Positions 38,353 to 56,897 of a stretch of 64,000 nucleotides of DNA are shown here, one piece after another. How positions within the stretch are numbered: position 1 is the stretch's first letter; each line of letters starts with the position of its first letter. The stretch spans positions 1,116,001 to 1,180,000 of the forward strand of contig OX597842.1 of the NCBI GenBank assembly GCA_951406725.2. The letters are read 5' to 3'. The stretch is from Octopus vulgaris. Lineage: Eukaryota. The translations under genes and the position numbers were made by a program. The notes under the pieces were generated by a model that did no database searches, had not been told where the DNA came from, and saw only the letters and a list, made by a program, of their open reading frames with translations.

Positions 38353-38699
38353 CCAAAACGATATTTATTTCCTAAATCTTGCATTCTTTTTTTGTTCTCA
38401 CCTTCATCTCTTTGTCTCCTCCGCGTAGATTCCCTCCGTTCCTATTTATTATTTATCAGGTTCTCTTAGAATACGGCTTTGGTAAAAGTCTACAAGGAGT
38501 TGAAGCACCAATGCCAAATTGGATATCTTTACAGTAGAACTAAGCCAATTATAGCGATCGGTAGGGAGAGGGCGGAACTGGAGAAAATGGTAACTTGGTA
38601 AATTGGTAAAAAGCTAAGAGAAATATGGCAGCCATGATTGACAATGGTTGTGGATGTTAAAAGGTAAGGCAAGGCTAAGGTTTTTGTATTTGAATAGTG

Positions 38700-39071
38700 A
38701 AGTGTATAGGTATGTGTGTTTGTGTGTGTGTGTGAGTGTGTGTGTGTGTGTATGTGTGTGTGTATGTATATATATATATATATGTGTGTGTGTATATATG
38801 TATATATATATAGGTATATATATATATGTGTGTGTGTATATATGTGTGTGTGTTGGTGTGGGTGTGTGTGTGTGTATATATATATATATATGTGTGTGTG
38901 TGCACATGTACAGATATAAATACATATATAAGTATGTGTGTGTGTATATAACTATATATGTATGTTTGTGTATGTATATATATATACATATATATAGATA
39001 TATATTTATATATATATGTATATATACATACACACATATACACACACAGACACAGACATGCACACACACAC

Positions 39072-39072
<1 letters not shown>
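38700..39072. repeat. (TG)/(TA) microsatellite
   Basis: Seen directly. Confidence 0.95.
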
Positions 39073-40005
<933 letters not shown>

Positions 40006-40050
40006 ATAATTGAATCTCTCTCTCTCTGTCTCTCTCACTTTCTCTCTGCA

Positions 40051-40094
<44 letters not shown>

Positions 40095-40096
40095 GA

Positions 40097-40487
40097 TCAT
40101 CATCATCATCATCATCATCGTTTAACGTCCATTTTCGATGCTGGCATGGGTTGGACGGTTTGACTGGGGAGTGGCAAGCCAGGAGACCGCACCAGGCTCC
40201 AATCTGATGTGGCAATATTCTACAGCTGGATGCCCTTCTTAATGCCAACCACTCCGAGATTGTAGTGGCTGCTTTTTATGAGCTGCCAGCAAGAGAGCCT
40301 GTCAGGTGGCACTGGCATCGATCACATTCCAATGGTGCTTTTTATGTGCTACCGGCACAGGAGCCAGTCGGAGTGGGGAGGCTGGCATTTATCATGCTTG
40401 GATGGTGCTTTTCACTTTCCACTGGCACAGGGAGCCAGTCAGGTGGCACTGGCAATGATCCACGCATAAATGGTGCTTATTGCGTGC
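40097..40487 (-). mobile_element. RTE R1 3' UTR fragment
   Basis: (CAT)nCGTTTAACGTCC...GGATGCCCTT. Confidence 0.8.
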
Positions 40488-40799
40488 TGATTACATATAT
40501 ATATATATATGCATGAATATATTATGTGTATGTGTGTTTGTGTGTTATTTATGCCATGTGAATATAGAAACATCGGGAGAACGTGAAATAATTCATTCTT
40601 ATTCCTTATATTTTAAGTAGATAAAGCTATAAATTATAACATGCAAATATTGTATTAAAAACCCCTTTGAATGGAAGGGCAGCCTCTGAATTTTTCAATT
40701 CAAATGGTTTATGTACTCAATATTTATGTTATTACTTATAGCTTTATCTACTTCAAGTTCAACCACTTAGAATCACACAAACACACTATAAATTTGTGT

Positions 40800-41070
40800 T
40801 AAGAAACGGATGCTGAAATCTCAAGGAGAATAAGGGGAAGAAGGAAGCTGTTTACCTTAATAAAATGTGTGATCAAAGTAAAATTGGAGAAGACCCAATA
40901 TGTCTTAAATAACAGTCCTACCTGCTCTTTTATACACAATGAAACATGGCTACTAGAAAAAGGGAAGAACATCAATTGAGTACGATACAAATGGGTCATG
41001 GGAAAATCCATGCTGAGAATATCATTGTGAGAGCACACCCAAAATGAGTTATCCAAAATGAGATCAGGTT
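40800..41070 (+). mobile_element. Old RTE-clade RT C-terminal fragment
   Basis: ETDAEISRRIRG...NETW...MGKSMLRISL*EHTQNE. Confidence 0.55.
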
Positions 41071-41261
41071 GACACAAGGATGTATGTGTAAAGGGTGTCT
41101 TAAAAAAAATGTATACAGAGGTGCAAGCGTGGGTGTGTGGTAAGAAAAAAGCTTGGTTTTCAACAACATGGTTCTAGGTTCAGTCCCACAGCATAGCACC
41201 TTAGGTAAGTTCCAGGCTGACCAAAGCTAGATTTGGTAGATTGAAACAGAAAGAAGATCAT

Positions 41262-41292
<31 letters not shown>

Positions 41293-41440
41293 CGGTTCGG
41301 CAAAAGAGACCGATAGAATAAGTACTGAGCTTACAAAAGAATAAGTCCCGGGGTCGATTTGCTCGACTAAAGGCAGTGCTCCAGCATGGCCGCAGTCAAA
41401 TGACTGAAACAAGTAAATGAGTAAATGAGAATGAGTATCA

Positions 41441-41483
<43 letters not shown>

Positions 41484-41529
41484 AACAAACACACACATAC
41501 ACACACACACACACACATAAAATTTAAAA

Positions 41530-41900
41530 ACAGGATAAACTCCTGCACCTATAACTAATTCTGCTAAAGATTCTGCAATAAGAGCAAGGTCATCAGCATA
41601 TATATTTCTTTACTGCCCACAAGGGGATAAACATACAAGGGACAAACAAGGACAAAGGGATTAAGTCGATTACATCGACCCCAGTGCGTAACTGGTACTT
41701 ATTTCATCGACCCCATAAAGATGAACGGCAAAGTTGATCTCGGCGGAATTTGAACTCAAAACATAGTGGCAGATGAAATACCGCTAAGCATTTCGCCCGA
41801 TTCTGCCAGCTCCCTGCCCTAGGTCATCAGCATATAGCAGTTCCCATGGGAACCCAGTCTTTTAATTCGTCTACGACCTGGTGGACTACAATGAGGACTC
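41530..41900 (-). mobile_element. RTE RT fragment (PWELLYADDLALIAES) interrupted by SINE B (41603-41820) with 16-bp TSD
   Basis: AGGTCATCAGCATATA at 41587-41602 and 41821-41836. Confidence 0.85.
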
Positions 41901-41924
41901 TCTGTGTGTGTATTGTGTATATAC

Positions 41925-44492
<2,568 letters not shown>

Positions 44493-44829
44493 ACATATAT
44501 ATCCTATATTTGTAGGATGACCTTTCACACTGCTTCTATCTCCCAAATCCACTCACTGACCCAATGTGATGGTAGGAGACAAGAAAGGTGCCACATAGTA
44601 GGACTGAACCTGAAAGCATTTGGTTGCAAAGCAAGCCTCTTAACCACACAGCCATTCCAGCATGTCTGCATATTTAACTGGATACACTCTGAGAATTGTA
44701 CACATATTTAAACATTTTAAACATTGCTGTTGGCAACGAACTGTTTACAATTTATTTACAATTAAAACATCAATGAACACAAATGAAGAATTTATAGATT
44801 CAGGATTTGTAACAGATGCAAATGCACCC

Positions 44830-44838
44830 ACCCATATG

Positions 44839-44869
<31 letters not shown>

Positions 44870-44953
44870 ATATGTATATACACATATATATATACACACA
44901 CATATATATATATATTCAGACACACACACACACCTATACAAACACATACATGA

Positions 44954-44986
<33 letters not shown>

Positions 44987-45003
44987 CTATATATATAATA
45001 TAC

Positions 45004-45048
<45 letters not shown>

Positions 45049-45415
45049 TTAGAGACAAAACCACTATTATATATATATATATATATATATATTATAGATA
45101 TATATATATAGGTGTGTGTGTAGAGAGAGATATCCACACATATACATACATAGACATATGTATATATTCATACACATGGGTGCATATATATATACATATG
45201 TGTGTATATGTAAATATGTATGTATATGCACCTATGTGTATGCATGTATATATATGTCTATGTATGTTTATGTATGGATATCTATATACATATATATATG
45301 TGTGTGTGTGTGTGCATGTAAATGTATATATATATATGTATGTATATGTGTGTTTGTGCATAACACATACATATATATGTGTGTGTGTGTATGTGTATAT
45401 ATATATACATATGCG
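44830..45415. repeat. (TA)/(CA)/(TG) microsatellite
   Basis: Seen directly. Confidence 0.95.
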
Positions 45416-45699
45416 TAGTCTGTGTGTATGTAGGTTGTGTTTACTGTTTGCCAAGCTCACCAAAGTCAGATAAAAATAAATATATTAGTTTTGTTAATGC
45501 TTAAACATTTAATTTTATTTCTATTAATTAACCAAGCACTATTTAACTACCATTAATTGCTTTTGAATTATTTATATCTTGATTAGTTTCTGACTAATTA
45601 CAAAATATAAACGAAGTATAAAAAAGGCAAGTATTTGTGGGATAGAACAACGAATATATTATTAACAATGTTCTGCTTTTGGTTTTATTGTTGTTGTAG

Positions 45700-46900
45700 T
45701 TGGCATAGTGTATCTAGGACTACACTATCTAATGTATAGTATTGTAGTCTGTATTAGAGGTTATGGTTGTTGTTGTTGTTGTTTAACCCCAGGTCAGTCC
45801 TAATCCAGTTCTAGCTGTGACCATCCCTTCTTTTATTCAGGCATAGTGTATCTAGGACTACATTATCTAATGTATAGTATTGTAGTCTGTATTAGTGGTT
45901 ATGGTTGTTGTTGTTGTTGCTTAGCCCCAGGCCAGTCCTAATTCAGTTGACCTATGATCAAAGATGTTCCAGCTGTGACCATCCCATCTTTTATTCAGGC
46001 ATAGTGTATCTAGGAGTACATTACCTAATGTGTAGTATTGTAGTCTGTATTAGTGGTTATGGTTGTTGTTGTTGTTGCTTAACCCCAGGCCAGTCCTTAT
46101 CCAGTCGACCTATGATCAAAGATGTTCCAGCTGTGATCATCTCATCTTTTATTCAGGCATAGTGTATCTAGGACTACATTATCTAATGTATAGTATTGTA
46201 ATCTGTATTAGTGGTTATGGTTGTTGTTGCTTAGCCCCAGGTCAGTCCTAATCCAGTCGACCATTGATCAAAGATGTTCCAGCTGTGACCATCCCACATT
46301 TTATTCAAGCATAGTGTATCTAGGACTACATTAGCTATTGTATAGTATTGTAGACTGTATTAGTGGTTATGGTTGTTGTTGCTGTTGTTGTTCAGCACCA
46401 GGCCAGTCCTAATCCAGTTGACCTATGATCAAATATGTTCCAGTTGTGACCATCCCATTATTTATTCAGGCATAGTGTATCTAGGACTACGTTATATAAT
46501 GCATAGTGTAGTTGTTAATATTAATGACTATAGTTATTGTTTAGTGGAGGCACGTGGCTTAGTGGTTAGGGCGTCAGCATCATGATCGTAAGACTGTGGT
46601 TTCAATTCCTGGATCGGGCAACGCATTGTGTTCTTGAGCAAAACACTTCCTTTCACGTTGCTCCAGTCCACTCAGCTGGCAAAAATGAGTAACACTGCAA
46701 TGGACTGGCATCCCGTACAGTTGGGGAACACATAAGCCATAGAAACCGGGCCCATGAGCCTGGCTAGGCTTTAAAAGGGCACATTTATTTATTTATAGCC
46801 ATTGTTTAGCTCAAGGTCAGTGTCGATTTAGCAGTCTTTCGATCAAAGATGTTCCAGCTGTGACCATCCAACCTTTTATTCCGGCATAGTGTATCTTTTC
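45700..46900 (-). repeat. Tandem ~150-bp array (about 6 units) with a SINE C-like insertion at 46543-46790
   Basis: Units at ~45788, 45925, 46084, 46235, 46398 and 46810. Confidence 0.9.
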
Positions 46901-47700
46901 ATGCTTTCGGGGTCAATATATAAGTACCTATTTCTTTACTACCCACAAGGGGTTAAACACAGAGAGGACAAACAAGGACAGACAAACGGATTAAGTCGAT
47001 TGTATCGATCCCAGTGTTTCACTGGTACTTAATTTATAGACCCTGAAAGGATGAAAGGCAAAGTTGACCTCGGCGGAATTTGAACTCAGAATGTAGCGGC
47101 AGACGAAATACCAGTAAGCATTTCGCCCGGCGTGCTAACATTTCTTATTTCTTTACTGCCCACAAGGGGCTACACCCAGAGGGGACAAACAAGGACAAAA
47201 GGATTAAGTCAGTTATATCAACCCCAGTGCATAACTGGTACTAATTTAATTGACCCAGAAAGGATGAAAAGCAAAGTCGACCTCAGTGGAATTTGAACCC
47301 AGAACGCAGTGGCAGACGAAATACCTCTAAGCATTTCGCCCGGTGTGCTAACGTTTCTGCCAGCTCGCCGCCTTAAATATATAAGTACCAGTTGAGCACT
47401 GGGGTTGATGTAACTGACTTGTCCCCTACCCTCAAATTTTCTGGCCTTGTGCCTTTAGTAGAAGGGATCATAATTATTATTGATGCAGTGAGCTCTCAGA
47501 ACTATTAGCACACTGGGCCAAATGCTTAGCAAGTATTTCTTTTGCCATTGTGAATTATGTACCATCAAGATCCTCATTGCATTTCATTCTTTGGGGTTGA
47601 TAAAATAAGTACCAGTTGAGCATTGGGGTCATCAGTTTATTCAACTAGCGCCATCCCTCAAAATCTCAAACATTGTGCATTGAGTAGAAAGGGTTATTAT
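46900..47700. mobile_element. Nested SINE B cluster (minus tandem copies ~46928-47374 inside a plus copy; a further plus copy from 47483)
   Basis: AATATATAAGTACC at ~46915 and 47376 flanks the minus copies. Confidence 0.8.
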
Positions 47701-47824
47701 CATTATTATTGTTGGTTCCTGGATCAGGTGTAGTCCGAGGCAGGGCACTTGGCACCTAGAGTGTCTCCAAGCGCTCACGGCCTTCGTTCAATGTAGTCAG
47801 TTGAAGTTCCACTTTGGAGTTCTA

Positions 47825-48360
47825 TAGGTGCAGGAGTGGCTGTGTGGTAAGTAGCTTGATTACCAACCACATGGTTCTGGGTTCAGTCCCACTGCATGGC
47901 ACCTTGGGCAAGTGTCTTCTGCTACAGCCTCAGGCCAACCAAAGCCTTGTGAGTGGATTTGGTAGACGGAAACTGAAAGAAGCCTGTCGTATATATGTAT
48001 ATATATATGTATGTGTGTATGTGTTTGTCCTCCCCCCAACATCGCTTGACAACCGATGCTGGTGTGTTTACGTCCCTGTAACATAGTGGTTCGGCAAAAA
48101 GAGACCAATTGAATAAGTAGTAGGCTTACAAAGAATAAGTCCTGGGGTTGATTTGCTCGATTAAAGGTGGTGCTCCAGCATGGCCACAGTCAAATGCTGG
48201 TGTGTTTGCGTCCCCGTAAGTTAGCAGTTCGGCAAAAGAGATTGATAGAATAAGTACAAGGCTTACACAGAATAAGTCCTGGAGTCAATTTGCTCGACTA
48301 AAGGTGGTACTCCAGCATGGCCGCAGTCAAATGACTGAAACAAGTAAAAAGAGTAAGAGA
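47825..48360 (+). mobile_element. SINE A with duplicated 3' half
   Basis: ATGCTGGTGTGTTT...GTCAAATG occurs twice. Confidence 0.85.
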
Positions 48361-49090
48361 GGGGATTAGCGGAGGGCAAGAATGACAATGTACTCAGAGA
48401 AGTCCTAGGCATCATGGTGGATCAACTGGCTGGTCTCTTCCAGAAATCCCTAAACTGGTAATGCTACCGGGGGGGGTGGGGCACCGCTGGTTTGAGATAA
48501 GCTCTACAGGCACGGGTATGCAGTCAGTTGGGCCTGTCTGAGATACCCGCAGAATGATGCAACCATTCTGTATGCTCTTGTACAATGTCTGTACATTGAT
48601 GACTTGTGGAGCTTTGTCAAATAATTACAGTCATGTGTAAAACAGATCCAGCTATCATCCAAGTCCATTTGTGAAGGTCACCCTGCCTCCTTCCTTTGGC
48701 TGGGAAGGGAGGGCAATTTTTCTCTATCTGGTGGCTATGGAAAAAGAGGTTGTATGGTGGATGCGATTGAAAGGGTTGAAGATGGGTACCTTCTTCTTTC
48801 GCCAAGGCCTCATTGACTTTTTCAGGTTCCACCTGAAAAGGAAAGAGAGGCTGGAGAAGGAGGTACTGTGACCCAGGAAGTTCATTGAAAGGTGGGTGAA
48901 TGTGACAAGAATAGCCAGCATGAAGGGCTTACTCTAAGTGTGCACCTGTAAGCTAGATTGAAGGGAAAGGAGAGGGTTCCTTCCTGAGGAGCCGTAGGTG
49001 TTAAGGGGTCCAAAGTGCATGAGGCCACTTTGGTCATTTTATAGTGGAACTCCCCCAATTGGGGAAGCATATTGTTGATTTAATCTCTTT
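48360..49090 (+). mobile_element. Decayed ORF2 C-terminus and 3' UTR of a Tx1/L1-type LINE
   Basis: Frameshifted DKLYRHGYAVSWACLRYPQNDATILYALVQC...LW, then FFRFHLKRKERLEKEVL*PRKFIERW. Confidence 0.6.
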
Positions 49091-49104
49091 GTTAATCATT
49101 GTGC

Positions 49105-49598
49105 TTACTCTTTTACTCTTTTATTGGTTTCAGTCATTTGACTGTGGCCATGCTGGACCCCAGGGCTTATTCTTTGTAAGCCTAGAACTTATTCTATCGG
49201 TCTCTTTTCTCTTCTTTTACTTGTTTCAGTCATTTGACTGTGGCCATGCTGGAGCACTGCCTTTAGTTGAGCAAATCGACCCCAGGACTTATTCTTTGTA
49301 CGCCTAGTACTTATTCTATCGGTCTCTTTTGCCAAACTGCTAAGTTACGGGGACGTAAACACACCAACATCGGTTGTCAAGCGATGTTGGGGGGACAAAC
49401 ACAGACACACAAACACACATACATACACATATATACGATGGGCTTCTTTCAGTTGCCGTCTACCACATCCACTCACAAGGCTTTGGTTTGCACGAGGCTA
49501 CAGTAGAAGACACTTGCCCAAGGTGCCATGCAGTGAGACTGAACCCGGAACCATGTGGTTGGTAAACAAGCTACTTACCACACACCCACTCTTGCACC
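49105..49598 (-). mobile_element. SINE A plus an extra 3' fragment
   Basis: Similar to consensus. Confidence 0.85.
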
Positions 49599-49883
49599 TG
49601 TGTATCCTCCTCTATGTTTTGTGTTTGGCCCTGGTGGCCAATAACAAAGGATCATTACTTTTGCTGTTATTATCATGATTATTATTTATAGCTGACATTA
49701 TATAAATATCAGCTGACAACTGTAAAAATCAGCTCAACCTCTCCTGGGTGTGGAGTATAAAGAAGTGCACCCCTTTGTCAAGCCCTGTTGAGCCAATGTG
49801 ATAGACCAAGTTCATCAAACCAGTATGATCTCAAGCTCAAATCAGACTGCATTTATATGGAGAGAACATGCTGAGGCCTTTAA

Positions 49884-50926
49884 CCCTTTCGTTACTATAT
49901 TTCTGACCAAATTACACCCCTTATGTGTTTCAATTAATTTCTAACATAATCATAAATTTAGTCTGGTTTCATTAAACAACTATAACTTTTTCATTTATCA
50001 ATATATTAATCTGATTTTTGGAAGATAATTTAATGAAATATTCTCAACCAATTCTATACTATAATTTTTGTCACAAAGTGACTCTAATTGCAGGTAAATA
50101 CAGATAAATTCCACAAAATATAAAATTATTAAAATTTTGTTCAAACATCACTATAGAAAATGGGTTATTAGCTAATATTCAATTGGGTATACAACAAAAT
50201 TTTACGATAGAATTTGTTATTCTGGGTAACTTTCTGATACCCATAATAATATTTATGGCAAAATAGTCTTAATTTCATTTAAGGTTATGGGAAACCACTA
50301 ACTATCCTTTCTTTCGCTTTGTTTACGTTTAGCGTAACGGTTCGTTTTCGCCGTAATGATTTCAAATGGGCTCATTCGAAAAAGTAAAGAGAAATAGCCT
50401 AAGGCTTTACTCTTCTGGGAAAGTCTGTGGCTTCGTCCAGTTTCTTCAGAAAAATCACCGAAAGAAACAGTTTTTAAATTTTCACTCCATTCAGGTGCCA
50501 ATTCGTTTTCTTTATCGCTATCGGAGATCTCAGATTCACTGTTTTCACTTTCGGAAAATGAAACATCAAATTCATTATCAAATACCACATGCTTTTTTTT
50601 TTCAGTCATAGAGTTAGATTTATGAAGGTCTTCAGTAGAAAATCCTTCGAATTCTGACTCGCTGCTTGATATAATGAAATTCGTATCCATTTTTTGTCAG
50701 AATTACAAATTTTGAAAACACAATAGGAACAAATTTCGGAAAAAAAATCTCCCAAAATTCACGGAATTAAAATTACACTTCGATTATTGTACAAAACTGT
50801 AGTTGAACTGTTTACGAAGTATAATACGTGTTTTCACGAATGTACTGAAGAGATTTGCTCTGATATTCTCATTTAAATATGAATAGGTAAATTCGGGCGG
50901 CTTTGGGCGGTTTGGTAACGAAAGGG
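49884..50926 (-). mobile_element. Internally deleted piggyBac transposon retaining the transposase N-terminus
   Basis: TTAA|CCCTTTCGTTAC...GTAACGAAAGGG|TTAA. ORF 50690-50298 has an acidic N-terminus, then YFSLLF...IITAKTNRYA, followed by IIMGIRKLP. Confidence 0.9.
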
Positions 50927-50999
50927 TTAATTTGCAGTAGACTCAACATGGACAATCCAATCCAATTCATAGCTGTTGTCATAGTTACCATTATTGTTA

Positions 51000-51805
51000 C
51001 AGTGGCAAGCTGGCAGAAATGTTAGCACACCAAGTGAAATGCTTAACAGTATTGCGTCTGTCATTACGTTCTGAGTTCAAATTCTGCCGAGGTTGACTTT
51101 GCCTTTCATCCTTTCGCGGTCGATTAAATAAGTACCAGTTACACACTGGGGTCGATATAATCGACTTAATCCGTCAGTCTGTCCTTGTTTGTCCTCTCTG
51201 TGTTTAGCCCCTTGTGGGCAATAAAGAAACAGGTATTTCATGTGCCTTTACATTCTGAGTTCAAATTCCACCGAGGTCTACTTTGCTTTTCATCCTTTCG
51301 GGGTCGATAAATTAAGGACCAGTTATGCACTGGGGTCGATCCAATTGACTTAATCCCTTTGTCCTTGTTTGTTCCCTGTCTCTTTAGTCCCTTGCGGGCA
51401 ATAAAGAAATAATTATTGTTACTATTACAATTTAAAAAATGGATCATCAACATCATCATCATCATCATCGTCAGTATAATTAAGGCATCATCATAATTAA
51501 GAATTGTTAGCACGCTGGGAAAAATGCTTGGTGGTAATTTGTACATCCTTATGTTCTTTGTTCAAATTCCACGTAGGTCAACTTTGCCTTTCATCCTTTC
51601 AGAGTCGATGAAATAACTACCAGCTACACCCCCCCCCAAAACTTCAGGTCTTGTGCCTGTAGTAAAAAGAATTATCATTAGTATTATTGTTCAAATTCTG
51701 CCTTTCGGGGTTGATAAATTAAGTACCAGTGAAACACTGGGGTTGATGTAATCAAATAGGCTCTCTCCCAATTTCACACCTTGTGCCTATAACAGAAGAG
51801 ATTAT
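51000..51805 (+). mobile_element. Cluster of 4-5 tandem SINE B copies and fragments
   Basis: Repeated GTTCAAATTC...TTTCATCCTTTC. Confidence 0.8.
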
Positions 51806-52256
51806 TATTATTACTATTATTATTGAGTGAGAGAGCAGTGCATGCCATCAAAGTGACACTGGGGTAAAATATACGAAGCCCAATATACCCATCATGACTT
51901 CCCGTCTGATAAGGGTACACCAGGCACATGCATCACAACCATATGTGCATGACATGGTGATCTCATATCAAGATACACAGCACATGACCTTGCAGGTGGA
52001 GCCCAGTTAGAATTTTCTTCAGGTTGAGTAGCCCATTCTGCTCAAAGGTCCCTGATTCAGGGTTGTTGAACGAACCACCTATGTTTCCAAAGGTGAATTA
52101 TCCAAACCTCTAAGAATTCCTCTCAACACATGGCTATGATGCTCCCCCACTACTTCTGCTCGTGATCAGAGATGCACATATCGTCAGCCACTAAGGGACA
52201 TGCTCAACTGGTTAAGGACAAACAACTGACAAACAAATCTGTGGTATTGAGCAAAA

Positions 52257-52296
<40 letters not shown>

Positions 52297-52821
52297 CTTT
52301 AAGGTAAAAGGGTAAAGACATCCTTTAGTCATGACTGACCATGGGATTGCACCTAGAAATTTACACTCCAAGGCACAAGTCTGGCCAGTACTTGCCCATG
52401 CATACAGGCCTCCCCTCTCTAAACCATTATATATGTGTATAGAATAAAGAGTAAAGACCCCCTTCAGTCATGAATGACCTAGATAGTTCCCCTTCAAAGC
52501 ACAAGCGCCAGGAAGGTTATCAACCGAAGACCAGCAGTCATACATGCATACCAGCCTTCCCTCTTCATGCCACCAGTGTTATCCAAGGGTGAGGCAAAGG
52601 GGCCGATACAGCTTGGCACCAGTGACGTCGCAACTCATTTCTACAGCTGAGTGAACTGGAACAACGTGAAATAAAGTGTCTTGCTGAAGAACACAACATG
52701 CAGCCCGGTCCAGAAATTGAACTCACTACCTCATGATTGTGAACCCAACACTCTAGCCACTGTACCACACACCTTCAATTATTATCTATATTGTTATCTT
52801 TATTATCATCTTTATTATTAT

Positions 52822-53035
52822 ACTCTTTTACTCTTTTACTTGTTTCAGTCATTTTGACTGTGGCCATGCTGGAGCACTGCCATTAGTTGAGCAAATCGAC
52901 CCCAGGACTTATTCTTTGTACGCTTAGTATTTATTCTATTGGTCTCTCTTGCCAAACCGCTAAGTGACGGGGACGTAAACACACCAGCATCGGTTGTCAA
53001 ACGATGATGGGGAGGACAAACACAGACACACAAAC

Positions 53036-53086
<51 letters not shown>

Positions 53087-53250
53087 CATATATACAACGG
53101 GCTTCTTTCAGTTTCCGTCTACCAAATCCACTCACAAAGGCAAAGTCAGCCCAAGGCTATAGTAAAAGATACTTGCCCAAGGTGCCACGCAGTGGGATTG
53201 AACCCGGTACCATGTGGTTGGTAAGCAAGCTACTTACCACACAGCCACTC
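52822..53250 (-). mobile_element. SINE family A
   Basis: Similar to consensus. Confidence 0.88.
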
Positions 53251-53264
53251 ATGTACCGGTTATC

Positions 53265-53385
53265 TTATATTATTATCTTTATTATTATCTTTATTATTAT
53301 TATTATTACTATTATTATCTTTATTATTATTATTTTTATTATCTTTATTATTATCTTTATTATTATTATTTTTATTATTATTATG

Positions 53386-53421
<36 letters not shown>

Positions 53422-53492
53422 TTATTATTATTATTATTATTATTACTATTATTATCTTTATTATTATTATATTTATTATCTTTATTATTATC

Positions 53493-53527
<35 letters not shown>

Positions 53528-53579
53528 CTTTATTATTATTATTTTTATTATCTTTATTATTATTATTTTTATTATTATC

Positions 53580-53621
<42 letters not shown>

Positions 53622-53695
53622 TTTATTATTGTTGTTATCTATATTGTTATCTTTATTATTATTGTCTTTACCATTGTTGTTGTTGTTGTTATTCA
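53265..53695. repeat. (ATT)n microsatellite with ATCTTT interruptions
   Basis: Seen directly. Confidence 0.95.
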
Positions 53696-54204
53696 TTTTC
53701 ATTACAAAGCTCCAACAATGACCTTCCATTACTACAAGAGACCTACTTCATATGTTTGATTGCATTAATCATATTATACCAACGAACGGCACCGAAAGTA
53801 GGAGGGGGAGAGGCCGGAGGAGGAGGAGGAAGAAAAGGGTGACGGGAGAGTGGGGGGTGAAGAGCATAAAAATAAATAACATGAAATATAATGACATAAA
53901 TGGCCTATAATTCCTGCATGCAGCGCCGAAATCCATAAAAAGTTTTCTGCGAATACCAGACCCTTCTTCCCCACATGCACCTCACCGCTCCCACCGCTGA
54001 TTCCCGTTCTGCCATTGCTGCTGCCGCCGCCGCTGTTGTTTCTGTTGCTGCTGCTGTTGCTGCTAATGTCGGCTCTCCTGCAGTCGGCACTAATACATCA
54101 ACGTTAACCAAAAGAATTTCTTATCAATTACAGCATTTTATGGCCTTTGTAGCGGTGTATAGCAAAGCACGGTCATATGGGATGATGTGGTTTCAGTCAG
54201 GATG

Positions 54205-55305
<1,101 letters not shown>

Positions 55306-55877
55306 AAACACAGCTGAGGGAATAGTACAGCAATAAAAGATCTCCACAAGCGAAGTCTTCCAGAGTTCCATCAAGGAAATTCACTTTCGGTAAAATTTAC
55401 GTCTTCGCTCTGCTGTGTCCAGATTTCCGAACACAACAGAATACAATACAAGACACTGAAATGTAATGTAATGCATAAAAGATGTGCTGAGGGGTGGGCG
55501 AGGATAGAAGTTATGTGACAACAAGGCCGAATTCTTTATTTTGGAATTCTTTGTGAGAAAGAATAATGAACGTTTAGTTATTGGTTGAACTATAAATAAA
55601 GGCTCGTAAAAATTGGCTGTGCCACTAACGAACTCTAACTGGTTCCCAAATCTAATTAAGGGGCTAGTTTTAGTGGTGTGTTTTAATGTTTGTGTAAAGT
55701 ACCGATCCCTTCATTTTTATTTTGGGGTTCGTTCTCCGTGTAGTCTATCTGTCTATCTGATAGTTTGAATGTTTCTCTGTTCAATTAGGGGATGTAAACA
55801 AAGCAACACCAGTTTGTCATGTGATGGGGCATAAAAGTGAATAAAAGTGGATACAGAAATTAATGTAAAGATAAGTA

Positions 55878-56897
55878 TAGGCGCAGGAGTGGCTGTGTGG
55901 TAAGTAGCTTGCTAACCAACCACATGGTTTCGGGTTCAGTCCCACTGCGTGGCATCTTGGGCAAATGTCTTCTGCTATAGCCTCGGGCCGACCAATGCCT
56001 TGTGAGTAGATTTGGTAGACGGAAACTGAAAGAAGCCGGTCGTATATATGTATATATATATATGTATATGTGTTTGTGTGTCTATGTTTGTCCCCCTAGC
56101 ATTACTTGACAACCGATGTTGGTGTGTTTACATCTCCGTCACTTAGCGGTTCAAAAGAGACCGATAGAAAAAGTACTGGGCTTACAAAGAATAAGTCCCG
56201 GGGTCGATTTGCTCGACTAAAAAAAGGCGGTGCTCCAGCATGGCCGCAGTCAAATGACTGAAACAAGTAAAAGAGTAAAAGAGTATGAACACACACACAC
56301 CCAGGAGCACACATTTACACACCCACATGAATACACATACATGCACACACACACACAAACATAATCATCACCTCTCGACCCACCCCTCCATTTATACAGG
56401 GTGTCCATAAATTACTTTTACAGTTTAAAACATTGAGAGAAAAATGAAGCTAGGGATAATAAGTACATTTAACGAGAAACGAAATTAAAGGCAAAAATTA
56501 AAACTTTAGTGTAGTAAGTAGCTTGCTTACCAACCACATGGTTACGGGTTCAGTCCCACTGCATGGAATGCTGGGCAAGTGTCTGCTATTATAGCCTCGA
56601 GCGGACCAAAGCCTTGTGAGTGGATTTGGTAGGCAGAAACTGAAAGAAGACAGTTGTATATATATGTGTGTGTATATGTTTGTGTGTTTGTGTTTGTCCC
56701 CCCCACAATGATTGACAACTGATGCTGGTGTGTTTACGTCCCATTAACTTAGTGGTTCGGCAAAATAGACCGATAGAATAAGTACTAGGCTTACAAAGAA
56801 TAAGTCCTGGGGTCGATTTGCTCAACTAAAGGCGGTGCTCGAGCATGGCCACAGTCAAATGACTGAAACAAGTAAAAGAGTAAAGAGAGTAAAGAGA
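55878..56897 (+). mobile_element. Two SINE A copies (55878-56284; 56508-56897)
   Basis: Similar to consensus. Confidence 0.88.

Noticed and set aside
56394-56500. Tc1-like TIR start TACAGGGTGTCCATAAA
   Set aside because: No matching second terminus or ORF found.
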